Below, piece after piece: positions 10,641-19,587 of a stretch of 64,000 nt of DNA (positions within the stretch are counted from its first letter, which is position 1; each line of letters opens with the position of its first letter). The notes beneath the pieces were generated by a model. It saw only the letters and a program-made list of their open reading frames with translations. It searched no databases and was not told the origin of the DNA. Origin of the DNA: an uncultured virus (IMG/VR IMGVR_UViG_3300043567_001092) (taxonomy: Duplodnaviria; Heunggongvirae; Uroviricota; Caudoviricetes); IMG/VR virus record IMGVR_UViG_3300043567_001092; one strand, given 5' to 3'. The position numbers and the translations under genes are program-made.

Positions 10641-10697
10641 GTATTGATATTGGTTTTGATATTGATAATGATAATGATATTGATAATGTATTGTATT
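10641..10697. repeat. Degenerate 6-bp tandem repeat (ATAWTG)n
   Basis: gtattg atattg gttttg atattg ataatg ataatg atattg ataatg tattg tatt. Confidence 0.85.
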
Positions 10698-10808
10698 AGA
10701 ATTTTTATTATAATATTATTTTTTTAAAACAGCCAAATCCTCAAATAAATTCAACAGCTCGTTCCGCCGCCGCCAGTTTTTGTAGTATATATCTTAGCAG
10801 GAGGTGTT

Positions 10809-12590
10809 ATGTCTTTATTTCAAGCATCAAAACCAAAATCGGCAGGAAAAGTTACGGTTCCATCCTCAAATCAATTATCTGAGGTAGTGTGTAAAACTCT
10901 TAATCATATGGCACAAATGGCAGGAGCAACTCTTGGTCCCGGCGGTAAACAAGTTTTGATTGAACGCGGTGAAATTGGCATGAAACCAATCTTAACAAAA
11001 GATGGTGTGTCTGTTATTAAATCCCTAGGGTATGATGGCGCGACTCAGCAATTAATCCTTGAGGCTGCTAGAGATGCTGCAATCAGAACTGCTACAGAGG
11101 CAGGAGATGGTACGACTACTGCTACTGTACTTTCTGCTGCAATTACAAATGCTACTGCCCATGTTGTTGCTAATAACCCAAAAGTGTCCCCACAAAAAAT
11201 AGTACGCGAATTACAAAAAATCGTCCCTGTGCTGATCAAGATGATTAGCGATCTTAAGATTGACGTTACTGGAGAGAATTACCAAGAAGTTCTGTTAAAA
11301 GTTGCCACTTTGTCGGCTAATGGTGATACTGAGTTATCTTCAAAAGTACTTGAAGGTTTAGATTTAGTTGGAGATGAAGGCGACCTCACAATAGTTGAAG
11401 GTACTGGAGAGAGCAGATACTCTATCAATAGAATTAACGGTTACACAGTAGATAGAGGTCTTGAGGAATCTTGCAGAAATCTAGCTCAGGGTTTTATTAA
11501 TGACAAATCTGGAACAATGGTAGTACTGGATAATCCGATCTTTATCCTCTATGATGGTGTTATTAATGATTTTGGTCAAATTTTTGATGGACTTAGTAAA
11601 TTAAATGCTACTTTGGAAGCTTCTGGTCGTCCAGATAGAAATGTAGTAGTAGTTGCTCATGGATTCGGCGAAATGGTATTAGGAGACCTTCACCATAACT
11701 GGAATCACCCGAAAGCTCCTCTTAAAGTTTACCCAATGCTAACTCCTGAAAAAGCAATTGCTAATTGGAGAACACAATTTCTTTATGATTTACAGGCATA
11801 CACAGGTGCAACTGTGTTCAATCCAGTTGATAGACCTGTAATAGATATTATACCAGAATCAGTTATTGAATCTAATAGAGCAACTCGCGTAGAAATATCT
11901 AGATTCAAATCAATGGTTTTTGCAAAAGAAGATGTTGATGCTGTAAGCATTCGCGTTGATGAGCTTAAATTTCAAAAAAATGCTCCAGAAAGCGAATATG
12001 AGCTTAATGACTTAAATGTTAGAATCGGTAAGTTAACATCTGGAATTGTTAGACTTGAAATATTTGGCCCTAGCTCTGGCGAAACTAGAGAGAAACGTGA
12101 TAGAGCTGAAGATGCTTGGATGGCATTAAAAGGCGCTACTAAATATGGAGCAGTTCCTGGTGGAGGGTATGTACTTGTAAGACTGGCTGCTGCATTACAA
12201 TTACAAGTAGATAAAATTCCACCGTCTGCTAAAAAATATGCTTATCAAATTCTTGCAGAAGCTTTATTAGAGCCAGTTAAATTATTATATAAAAATTATG
12301 GTTTTAATGATGAAGAAACTACTGAGCAAATATTTAAAATGTTAAATAATGACGATCAAGCATACGACATTTTAGAAGAAATGTGGGTTCCAAAAGAACA
12401 ATTATTAGATAGCGTTCCTGCTGTTAGCGAAGCGATCAGAAATAGTATTTCAATTGCTTCATTGCTCGGTACGTTAGGTGGCATAGTTGCATTTAAACGC
12501 GATTATGATTCTGATAAAGAAGAAGAAAGACTTATTCGCAATTTTGAAGCCTCTATTGGCGAACGTGGTTCTTTAGCTCAAGGAGAATAA
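10809..12590 (+). CDS. groEL: Group I chaperonin GroEL homolog
   Basis: TLGPGG, TKDGVSV, AGDGTTTATVL, SANGD, RAEDA, GAVPGGG, SIASLL; GGAGG RBS; no GGM tail. Confidence 0.95.
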   Translation: MSLFQASKPKSAGKVTVPSSNQLSEVVCKTLNHMAQMAGATLGPGGKQVLIERGEIGMKPILTKDGVSVIKSLGYDGATQQLILEAARDAAIRTATEAGDGTTTATVLSAAITNATAHVVANNPKVSPQKIVRELQKIVPVLIKMISDLKIDVTGENYQEVLLKVATLSANGDTELSSKVLEGLDLVGDEGDLTIVEGTGESRYSINRINGYTVDRGLEESCRNLAQGFINDKSGTMVVLDNPIFILYDGVINDFGQIFDGLSKLNATLEASGRPDRNVVVVAHGFGEMVLGDLHHNWNHPKAPLKVYPMLTPEKAIANWRTQFLYDLQAYTGATVFNPVDRPVIDIIPESVIESNRATRVEISRFKSMVFAKEDVDAVSIRVDELKFQKNAPESEYELNDLNVRIGKLTSGIVRLEIFGPSSGETREKRDRAEDAWMALKGATKYGAVPGGGYVLVRLAAALQLQVDKIPPSAKKYAYQILAEALLEPVKLLYKNYGFNDEETTEQIFKMLNNDDQAYDILEEMWVPKEQLLDSVPAVSEAIRNSISIASLLGTLGGIVAFKRDYDSDKEEERLIRNFEASIGERGSLAQGE

Positions 12591-12591
12591 A

Positions 12592-12867
12592 ATGCCTTGG
12601 TTTACTTACAAATGCAAAGAACATGGAGAGTTCAAGGCATCACTATCTAAAAGAGAGCAGACTCAAAAATGTCCAGAATGTGATAACACTTGTTATTCTG
12701 TGATAAAGTCTGCTTCTATATCTATAGTTGAAAGATTAGATAATGGGGCAATGGCAAGAACAGTTGAAAGATTACACAACATTGAAGATATTATGAACGA
12801 AAGAGCTGATAAACATAGTGCAGAGAATAGTAGCCCAATAGAGGAGTTGGAAAATGAGCAAAATTGA
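12592..12867 (+). CDS. FmdB-like zinc-ribbon protein
   Basis: MPWFTYKCKEHG...CPEC. Confidence 0.7.
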   Translation: MPWFTYKCKEHGEFKASLSKREQTQKCPECDNTCYSVIKSASISIVERLDNGAMARTVERLHNIEDIMNERADKHSAENSSPIEELENEQN

Positions 12868-13879
12868 TGTTGGTTTTGGCATACCGCTTTATATGCAACC
12901 ATATTGGGATGAATCCGGAGAATATTTTCCTCACGCACTAGATAGCGTATTTATCAATGAAGAGCTTAGCTATACTCATGGAGACATTGACGTATCTTTA
13001 GAGAATATAATTAGAATAACACACGAAATGGTCGGTAATGCTGTCACAGAAGGTTCTACTATAGTGGTAGGAAATGGCGCATCTCAAGTAATTTCTTCCG
13101 TAGGGTACGCTTCTAAAGCTTTGGGATATGATGATTTCAGCTTAAACGCACCGTTCTGGGGTAGATTAGAGTTTCTATTGACAGTTGGCCAAAAGGCGTA
13201 TGATTTTACAAATGCTAAACCAAGAAAAACTCCTAAAAAACCAATATTTGATTTTGTAACTAGACCAAATAATCCGGATTCAAGTATGAGAGGGGCGGAT
13301 GAATCCTTCTCGGTTGTTGACATGTGCTATAATTGGCCTCAGTACGTCCCTCAAGTAGAAAAAGGCGATTATGATGTTATGATTTTTAGCCTAGCGAAGG
13401 CTACAGGACATGCTGGAACAAGAATTGGCTGGGCAGTTGTAAAAGATCCAGAAGTTGCAGCAATAATGAAAGATTATATGGAGCTATCAACATGTGGAGT
13501 GTCGGTAGATTCTCAAAGAAAAGCTGATGGAGTCTTCACAAGAATCCTGTCTTTATCAAGATTCTTTAAATCTCCGTTTGATTACGCAAAAGAAGAGCTA
13601 TCATTAAGATGGGAAGTATTTAAAAATGGCGTAAAAGACAATACTGACTTTAAACTACTAAATCAACATGGTATGTTTGCATTTTGTGAATTGTCATCTA
13701 ATGATGAGCCTGTTGGTTTTATGGACAACAAATATGACTTAATAGTTACCCCAGGAAGAAATCTAGGATTGACAAGCGATTCAAATTGCTTTAGAATAAA
13801 TCTTGGATGTTCTGAAGAGAACTTTACCAAAATGATGGGGTCTTTACGTGCAAATAAACCTAGTATCACTGGAAATTGA
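12854..13879 (+). CDS. PLP-dependent aminotransferase, tryptophan aminotransferase (TAA1/TAR)/alliinase family
   Basis: HEMVGNAVTEGSTIVVGNGASQ, PNNPD, DMCYNWPQY, FSLAKATGHAGTRIGWAVVKD (PLP lysine), GVSVDSQ, FRINL. Confidence 0.85.
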   Translation: MSKIDVGFGIPLYMQPYWDESGEYFPHALDSVFINEELSYTHGDIDVSLENIIRITHEMVGNAVTEGSTIVVGNGASQVISSVGYASKALGYDDFSLNAPFWGRLEFLLTVGQKAYDFTNAKPRKTPKKPIFDFVTRPNNPDSSMRGADESFSVVDMCYNWPQYVPQVEKGDYDVMIFSLAKATGHAGTRIGWAVVKDPEVAAIMKDYMELSTCGVSVDSQRKADGVFTRILSLSRFFKSPFDYAKEELSLRWEVFKNGVKDNTDFKLLNQHGMFAFCELSSNDEPVGFMDNKYDLIVTPGRNLGLTSDSNCFRINLGCSEENFTKMMGSLRANKPSITGN

Positions 13880-15557
13880 AGGATTTAGAAGTTTTAGGCA
13901 ATATACAAAGATTGATTTTCCTAAAAACGATTCCTTAGTACTTATTTCAGGTAAATGGAAGGATACTGATGTTTCTTCCGGATCTGGAAAGTCTTCTATA
14001 TTAGAAGCCATTGCATTCTGTCTTGATATTTCAACAGCAAGTGCTACCTCATTAAAAAATTGGGATTCTAAAAAGATGCTAGTCAAACTCACCTTGTCAA
14101 AAGGTGATGATATTATACAAATAACTAGAGATCCAAAGCTTTCTATATCTGTCAATGGTGTTCCTTATGAAGGACTTGTAAAAGGCTCTAAGGAAAGATT
14201 GCAAGAACTATTAGGTGTTAATCCAGATATGCTTAAAACAATGACGTATAGAAAACAACGAGTTGCAGGAAAAATAATAAGATCAACAGATTCACAAATA
14301 AAAGAGTTTTTAACCCAAACCCTTGGTTTAGATGAAATAGAAAATTTTATAGAAGAAAATTCAAAGCTGATTAATACTACCTCTAGATCTTTAGATATCA
14401 TAAGAGCAAATTATGAGTCTGCAACAAAAAATTTATCAAGCAGCAATATATCAGATGAAGAAATTCAATCATTGAAAAACGGCGTTATTGAAGCCGAAAG
14501 TACTTTTGAAAAATATAAAGATGACACTGCTAACAAAAATTTAACTACGGAAATCAATAATTTAACAATTGAATATAAGAAAAGTATTGAAATAAAAAAC
14601 AATGTTGAAAAAGCAAAATATTCTAATGATAATATTAAAAAAACAATTATTAATTTAATAAATGAAATAGAACACCTTTCAAAATCATCTTGCCCAACAT
14701 GCCTTAGAGATTGGCAAGAATCCAAGCAATTGTTAGATATTAAAACAAAAGAAAAAGATGCTTTAATTTTAAAATTTCAAGATAATTTATCATATATCAA
14801 AGATTCAGAATCTGTAATTTCTAATTATTCCAAATTGGAATATAAAATAAATGAGTTAAATAAACAACTTGCGATGATATCAGCTCCAAAAAACATGGCG
14901 TACCAATCATTACTCAATGCTAAGTCAGCTTTATCTATGGGAATGTCAAAAAGAAACTCATATATAGAACTAACAAATAGAGTTTCAGAATTATTTAACG
15001 AAGGCAGAATCAAGCAGCAAGAGTTAGAAGTGTTAGAATCAACTAACAAGCTTCTTGGCAGAACTGGATTTTTAGGCAATATTTTTGATGAAATTTTAGC
15101 CGACATTCAAATAAGAACAAATGATATGCTTTCAAATTTTCCAAATGCAAGTCAATTTACGGTACAAATAAGCTCTACCAAAGAAGTTAAATCAAAGGGC
15201 ACCACAAAAAAAGAAATATCTATTACCATAAATAACAATGGTAACGAAATCGGAATAGATGACTTGTCAGGTGGTCAACAATCTGCTATAGAACTCTGCT
15301 CTGATTTAGCAGCCGCTGAGGTTATAAGAGCAAGATCTGGGTGCGGTTTAGGTTGGATATGCCTAGACGAAGTTATGGACGGCTTAGGCGCTGTTGAAAA
15401 AGAGGCTGCTGTAAATATGATAAGACAGCGAGTTAAGGGCCTAGTATTAATGATTGAGCATTCAACTGAGATTAAAGAATCGTTTAATGAAGTAATAGAA
15501 ATAGAGTTTTCCGGCAAAGAAAGCCGTTTAACTATAACAAATAATGTGGTATATTAG
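13848..15557 (+). CDS. sbcC: SbcC/Rad50-like (T4 gp46-like) SMC ATPase
   Basis: IEGFRSF, Walker A SGSGKSS, coiled coil with CPTC zinc hook, LSGGQ, LDE, IEH. Confidence 0.92.
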   Translation: MQINLVSLEIEGFRSFRQYTKIDFPKNDSLVLISGKWKDTDVSSGSGKSSILEAIAFCLDISTASATSLKNWDSKKMLVKLTLSKGDDIIQITRDPKLSISVNGVPYEGLVKGSKERLQELLGVNPDMLKTMTYRKQRVAGKIIRSTDSQIKEFLTQTLGLDEIENFIEENSKLINTTSRSLDIIRANYESATKNLSSSNISDEEIQSLKNGVIEAESTFEKYKDDTANKNLTTEINNLTIEYKKSIEIKNNVEKAKYSNDNIKKTIINLINEIEHLSKSSCPTCLRDWQESKQLLDIKTKEKDALILKFQDNLSYIKDSESVISNYSKLEYKINELNKQLAMISAPKNMAYQSLLNAKSALSMGMSKRNSYIELTNRVSELFNEGRIKQQELEVLESTNKLLGRTGFLGNIFDEILADIQIRTNDMLSNFPNASQFTVQISSTKEVKSKGTTKKEISITINNNGNEIGIDDLSGGQQSAIELCSDLAAAEVIRARSGCGLGWICLDEVMDGLGAVEKEAAVNMIRQRVKGLVLMIEHSTEIKESFNEVIEIEFSGKESRLTITNNVVY

Positions 15558-15560
15558 GTT

Positions 15561-15992
15561 ATGCAAAATAATAATATTGAATTCAAAGACTATATCCCAG
15601 AAGACGAAATGAGAAACTATTTCTCAATTATCGAAAAAGATAAAGATGTCTCCGTATGCCTTTTAGCAAGTGCAGATGGGGCTGGTTCTTCTGTTTATAT
15701 CGAAACTACAGCAGATAATGAATATATTGAAGGTGTGATTAAAGTGTTCTTAAATGCAACAGATATAAGACGATACGGCAAAACGGTTGCAATAGATGAG
15801 CATGTTGAAAACGATAGAGTTAGAAAATGGGAAATGCCGTACAGTTCATTCCTATCATACATTAAAGAAATCAATGAAAAGCGTATTGCTAAAAACCAAA
15901 AAGGTATTAAAGCAGTAGCAACTATAATCTTAAATAATAAATTAGTTGACATAGATGTAATTTATACACCAGAAAAAAATTTTAGTAACTAA
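15561..15992 (+). CDS. Hypothetical protein
   Basis: 143 aa ORF directly after AATGTGGTATATT motif. Confidence 0.6.
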   Translation: MQNNNIEFKDYIPEDEMRNYFSIIEKDKDVSVCLLASADGAGSSVYIETTADNEYIEGVIKVFLNATDIRRYGKTVAIDEHVENDRVRKWEMPYSSFLSYIKEINEKRIAKNQKGIKAVATIILNNKLVDIDVIYTPEKNFSN

Positions 15993-16003
15993 AAGGAGGA
16001 CTT

Positions 16004-16186
16004 TTGGAAGAATTAAAAATTTTAAGAAGCCAATTTCAAGAACAACTAGATGAAACAGTTAAAAGTATTCAAAATTTAAATCAAAAATTGCAATCCGAAG
16101 GGGAAAAAGTCAACCAACTTAGAGGCGCTTTGTACGCATTGGATGTATTAGCTTCAAAACTTGAACAAGAAAAGAAAGAAGGTTAA
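16004..16186 (+). CDS. Small coiled-coil protein
   Basis: AGGAGG RBS, TTG start, heptad pattern. Confidence 0.6.
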   Translation: MEELKILRSQFQEQLDETVKSIQNLNQKLQSEGEKVNQLRGALYALDVLASKLEQEKKEG

Positions 16187-16188
16187 TT

Positions 16189-16485
16189 ATGGCTAAAAAA
16201 GCAAAAAAGGGCCCAAAAGATTTATACGATAAGGTTAAGGATATTGATCCATATTTTGCGGAAGAAGCATATTCTGCAACAGACGAAAAATTAAATGAAA
16301 AAATGGCTGGTTTTAGCAAAACATTAACTGAGATTGAAGAAGCTAGAGATATGGACGAATCTCTTAAACAATTAAGAGAACAATTAAAAGTTGCTGGTCA
16401 AACATATTCAGAGCCAATTAAGGGCATTAAACTTAAGCGCAAATTGGTATACAAGATTCTTAAAGAGAGAGGCAAAGTACCTTGA
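16189..16485 (+). CDS. Hypothetical coiled-coil protein
   Basis: 98 aa, in operon. Confidence 0.6.
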   Translation: MAKKAKKGPKDLYDKVKDIDPYFAEEAYSATDEKLNEKMAGFSKTLTEIEEARDMDESLKQLREQLKVAGQTYSEPIKGIKLKRKLVYKILKERGKVP

Positions 16486-17075
16486 AAATTTTAGGGTTAG
16501 ATATGGCAACAAAAACTGGGTTTGCTATCATAGAAGATGGCAAACTCACGCACTATGGCCTTCTCAAAGAAGAGAAGGTCAATTTGCCAGATTTGGCTGA
16601 AGACTTCTCATTCCTTAAAAGAGCTATTGGGGCTACGAAACAAATATCTGATCTGATAAAAGAACACAAACCTGATAAAATTTTTATAGAACAAACAAAT
16701 ACTGGCAAATTCAGACAAAGCCAAAAACAACTAGAGATGCTACATTGTTGTTTTTTGCAAGAAATATTAAAGCTTGGCGAACATTATCCAAAAAACGTAT
16801 TCTATGTAGATACCAGCAAATGGAGATCTGTATTAAAAATACGCCTATCTAAAGAACAAAGAGAACACAATAAAAAGGTTAAAAATAGAGTAGCTAAAGG
16901 CAAAATCACAAGCAAGCACTTAGCGGTCCTGTGGGTAAATCAAACTTATGGACTATCGCTTAAACAAAAAGATCACGATATCTGCGATGCAATATGCCTA
17001 TCTTCATTTGGGTTATTAAAATCAAAAGAAGTAAAAAAAGATATAGATTTTGAAGAAATCCTCAAAATCAATTAA
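16482..17075 (+). CDS. ruvC: RuvC-like Holliday junction resolvase
   Basis: ILGLDMATKTG, IFIEQ, HDICDAI acidic residues. Confidence 0.85.
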   Translation: MKILGLDMATKTGFAIIEDGKLTHYGLLKEEKVNLPDLAEDFSFLKRAIGATKQISDLIKEHKPDKIFIEQTNTGKFRQSQKQLEMLHCCFLQEILKLGEHYPKNVFYVDTSKWRSVLKIRLSKEQREHNKKVKNRVAKGKITSKHLAVLWVNQTYGLSLKQKDHDICDAICLSSFGLLKSKEVKKDIDFEEILKIN

Positions 17076-17095
17076 AAAATATAGTATATATCAGT

Positions 17096-17926
17096 ATGAA
17101 TAATTATAACAACTATAACAATAATTTTCTTGATAATGACAGTCAATACACTTCTTCTTCAAATGAAGTGTTTGAAGAAATTTATGAAGAATACGAAGAA
17201 GAAGTTGCAGAAGCAGAGGCCCAAGCGGTTGTCTTATCAGAAGCTTTAAAAAGAATTCAACAAGCAAAGCTGTACGAAGCCTTATTAAATCATCAATTAT
17301 TTTCACCAGGCTCTGCAAGTCCAGAAATTATCAAAATTGTATCTAAAGAATTCAAGGACTTCATCCTGTCTAGACTTGAGAACCTTCTTGGTATTAAATC
17401 TGATAAAACTCAAATTTCATCACAACAAGTATTTAATGATCAAGAAATTAATGCTTTAAAAGCAATTTCTAAAAGATTGATTGAAAAAGATAGCTTGCAA
17501 CAGGTACAAACACAGCAAGTTCAGACAGCTCAGACTCAAACATCTGCTCAAGCAATTTTAACTAATCAAGTTCCAGTAATTACACCAGTGCAGGCACAAC
17601 CGGAAGCTATTTCCGAAGTTCAACAAACTGAACCTAAAAGAGTTATTAAGCGTGTGGTTAAGAAAGTTTCTAAACAACCACAACAAGAGTATGTAGAATC
17701 TGAAAAAACTAGAACACCAAGAGCTAAAACTCAAAATATTGGCGCAGTATCTGGACAAGATCTTGGACAAGTATCTTCTCCAGAAAGACCACCAATGAAA
17801 ATGCCGTCAGCATCTGAAATGGATGCAATAAATGCTAGACAGGCAGATTTCAATTCGTCTAGGTCAAGTGCTACTAATTTAGCTGGATCAAATTTAACAA
17901 GTTTAGTATCAAAATTAACAAAATAA
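17096..17926 (+). CDS. Hypothetical protein, acidic N-terminus and Gln-rich low-complexity region
   Basis: 276 aa ORF. Confidence 0.6.
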   Translation: MNNYNNYNNNFLDNDSQYTSSSNEVFEEIYEEYEEEVAEAEAQAVVLSEALKRIQQAKLYEALLNHQLFSPGSASPEIIKIVSKEFKDFILSRLENLLGIKSDKTQISSQQVFNDQEINALKAISKRLIEKDSLQQVQTQQVQTAQTQTSAQAILTNQVPVITPVQAQPEAISEVQQTEPKRVIKRVVKKVSKQPQQEYVESEKTRTPRAKTQNIGAVSGQDLGQVSSPERPPMKMPSASEMDAINARQADFNSSRSSATNLAGSNLTSLVSKLTK

Positions 17927-17938
17927 CAAGGAGACCCT

Positions 17939-18580
17939 ATGAGTACATTACAAAAATTAGAAGATGCGTTCGCGAAAATTAACGAATTACAAACAAAAAT
18001 TACTCAACTTGAGCAAGAAAATGGACAAACAAAACAAGCTACTCAAAATATTATTAATGCAATTAACTCTATCGTAGAAGGAGTTAACGGTAAAAATAGA
18101 GAATTATCTGAGATGGGAAATGCAACCATTAACAGATTAATGGGATTAGAGCAAGCTCATGCTGCTATCTCAAAAACAATTTCTGCTGTAGTGTCAGAAT
18201 TGTCTGATTCTGGAAATTTAGATCAAAATTCAGTTATGACAAGACTTAGAAAATCTGACGAGGCTGCTGATAAATCTAGAATTGATCAAATGTTGCAATT
18301 AGGAGTTATCGCTGAATCAAATACAGTTAATTCTGACTCTTTAATCACTGTTAGCCAAACTTTTACACCAGAAGGAAAAGAAGCTACAGTTATTGCTGAA
18401 TACAGATCTTATGAACTATCTAGCGAATTATTAGACGAAGCTGCAAGAGAGAAATATGTTGGTAAAAACGTTGGCGATGTAGTAGAAATTGATGTAGATG
18501 GCGGTAAGTTATCAACTACAATTATTGGTTCATATAGCCTTGTAAATCAAGAAAAAACAAGCGAAACAGTAGGCGCCTAA
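17939..18580 (+). CDS. Coiled-coil protein with possible GreA-C/FKBP-like C-terminal domain
   Basis: AAGGAG RBS; N-terminal heptads; C-terminal YVGKNVGDVVEIDVDGGKLSTTII. Confidence 0.45.
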   Translation: MSTLQKLEDAFAKINELQTKITQLEQENGQTKQATQNIINAINSIVEGVNGKNRELSEMGNATINRLMGLEQAHAAISKTISAVVSELSDSGNLDQNSVMTRLRKSDEAADKSRIDQMLQLGVIAESNTVNSDSLITVSQTFTPEGKEATVIAEYRSYELSSELLDEAAREKYVGKNVGDVVEIDVDGGKLSTTIIGSYSLVNQEKTSETVGA

Positions 18581-18597
18581 TTAGATCGGAGGTTCCT

Positions 18598-18963
18598 ATG
18601 GGTCGGAAACCTAACGGCGGAAGAACCGAAAGAATCAGCAGAAGTAAGGATAAGTCGGGCGGCGATGACAAGATTAGAAAATTAAAAATTGAAATCGACG
18701 CCCTTAAAAGAGAGAATTTACAACTAAGAAAGCTTCTAAATAAGACAGAAAATGAAATGGCTCAGTATATTAATCGTTTAGAAGCAAGTAACGATCCTCA
18801 AGCTAACGATGAAGTGGATGATAATATTAAGGGCGATGAACAACATTGTGAAGATTGCGGCAAAGGTTTAATGATTAAGACAACCGAAATAATCATTAGA
18901 GACTCTGTTAAAAAATTTTATACATGTAATGTCTGTGGCCACGGAAAGGTAATTAAAGAATAA
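18598..18963 (+). CDS. Coiled-coil plus zinc-ribbon protein
   Basis: GGAGG RBS; CEDCG...CNVCG. Confidence 0.65.
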   Translation: MGRKPNGGRTERISRSKDKSGGDDKIRKLKIEIDALKRENLQLRKLLNKTENEMAQYINRLEASNDPQANDEVDDNIKGDEQHCEDCGKGLMIKTTEIIIRDSVKKFYTCNVCGHGKVIKE

Positions 18964-19335
18964 ATGTTTTTCTTTGGAGAGAATTCTGAACATTTAAAGG
19001 CAGTAGTCGTGCTGGAGACCTTGAAAGAGGATTTAGCAAGAAGTACGCTATTTCTCTCCAAAGAAGAAGTTTTGATACAAAAAACAAAGTCTTTAATATC
19101 ATTCCTAACAGCAGCATTAGATCATTTGAAACATGAAGCTCAAATAGTTAGCATGAGAGAATATCAAAAAATGAGATATGAGCTAGTCGAAGAGCTTCAA
19201 AGAATGGAACGAATTAAAGAAAGGTCCTATTTCTATAAGCAGCAGATAGTCGACCTGACTGAAAGAATTGATAGACAACGACTACTTATTAGTACCTTAA
19301 AATCTAAGGTTTTGGAGTTTAAACGTGATAGATAA
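18964..19335 (+). CDS. Hypothetical coiled-coil protein
   Basis: 123 aa, abuts upstream stop. Confidence 0.55.
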   Translation: MFFFGENSEHLKAVVVLETLKEDLARSTLFLSKEEVLIQKTKSLISFLTAALDHLKHEAQIVSMREYQKMRYELVEELQRMERIKERSYFYKQQIVDLTERIDRQRLLISTLKSKVLEFKRDR

Positions 19336-19528
19336 AAAAAATGATGTCGATTACATAAATTCACCTAAATACTCCAATTCTTTAAGTCTTTTCTTGAAAG
19401 ACAACCCAAATGGTGTAAAAGATAAAGTTATATGCAGATTACTTGATATTAATCAAGATCAGTTAGAAGACATTTTTAAATCTGCAATGAGCAAATTACG
19501 TCAAAAAATCGTAAATACAAATAAATAA
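19325..19528 (+). CDS. Stand-alone sigma region-4-like HTH protein
   Basis: GGAG + GTG start; VICRLLDINQDQLEDIFKSAMSKLR parallels sigma70 [24 protein letters not shown]. Confidence 0.55.
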   Translation: MIDKKNDVDYINSPKYSNSLSLFLKDNPNGVKDKVICRLLDINQDQLEDIFKSAMSKLRQKIVNTNK

Positions 19529-19539
19529 TTCCAAATTAA

Positions 19540-19569
19540 TTGACAAGACATTAAGAACTATGGTATCCT
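19540..19569 (+). promoter_or_regulatory. Sigma70-type promoter for dnaE
   Basis: TTGACA-N18-TATCCT with TGn. Confidence 0.65.
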
Positions 19570-19587
19570 GTTAAGGCGGAGGTCCTT

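Noticed and set aside
10456..10808. tRNA or structured ncRNA in the largest gap
   Set aside because: No cloverleaf or T-loop pattern; low-complexity AT sequence
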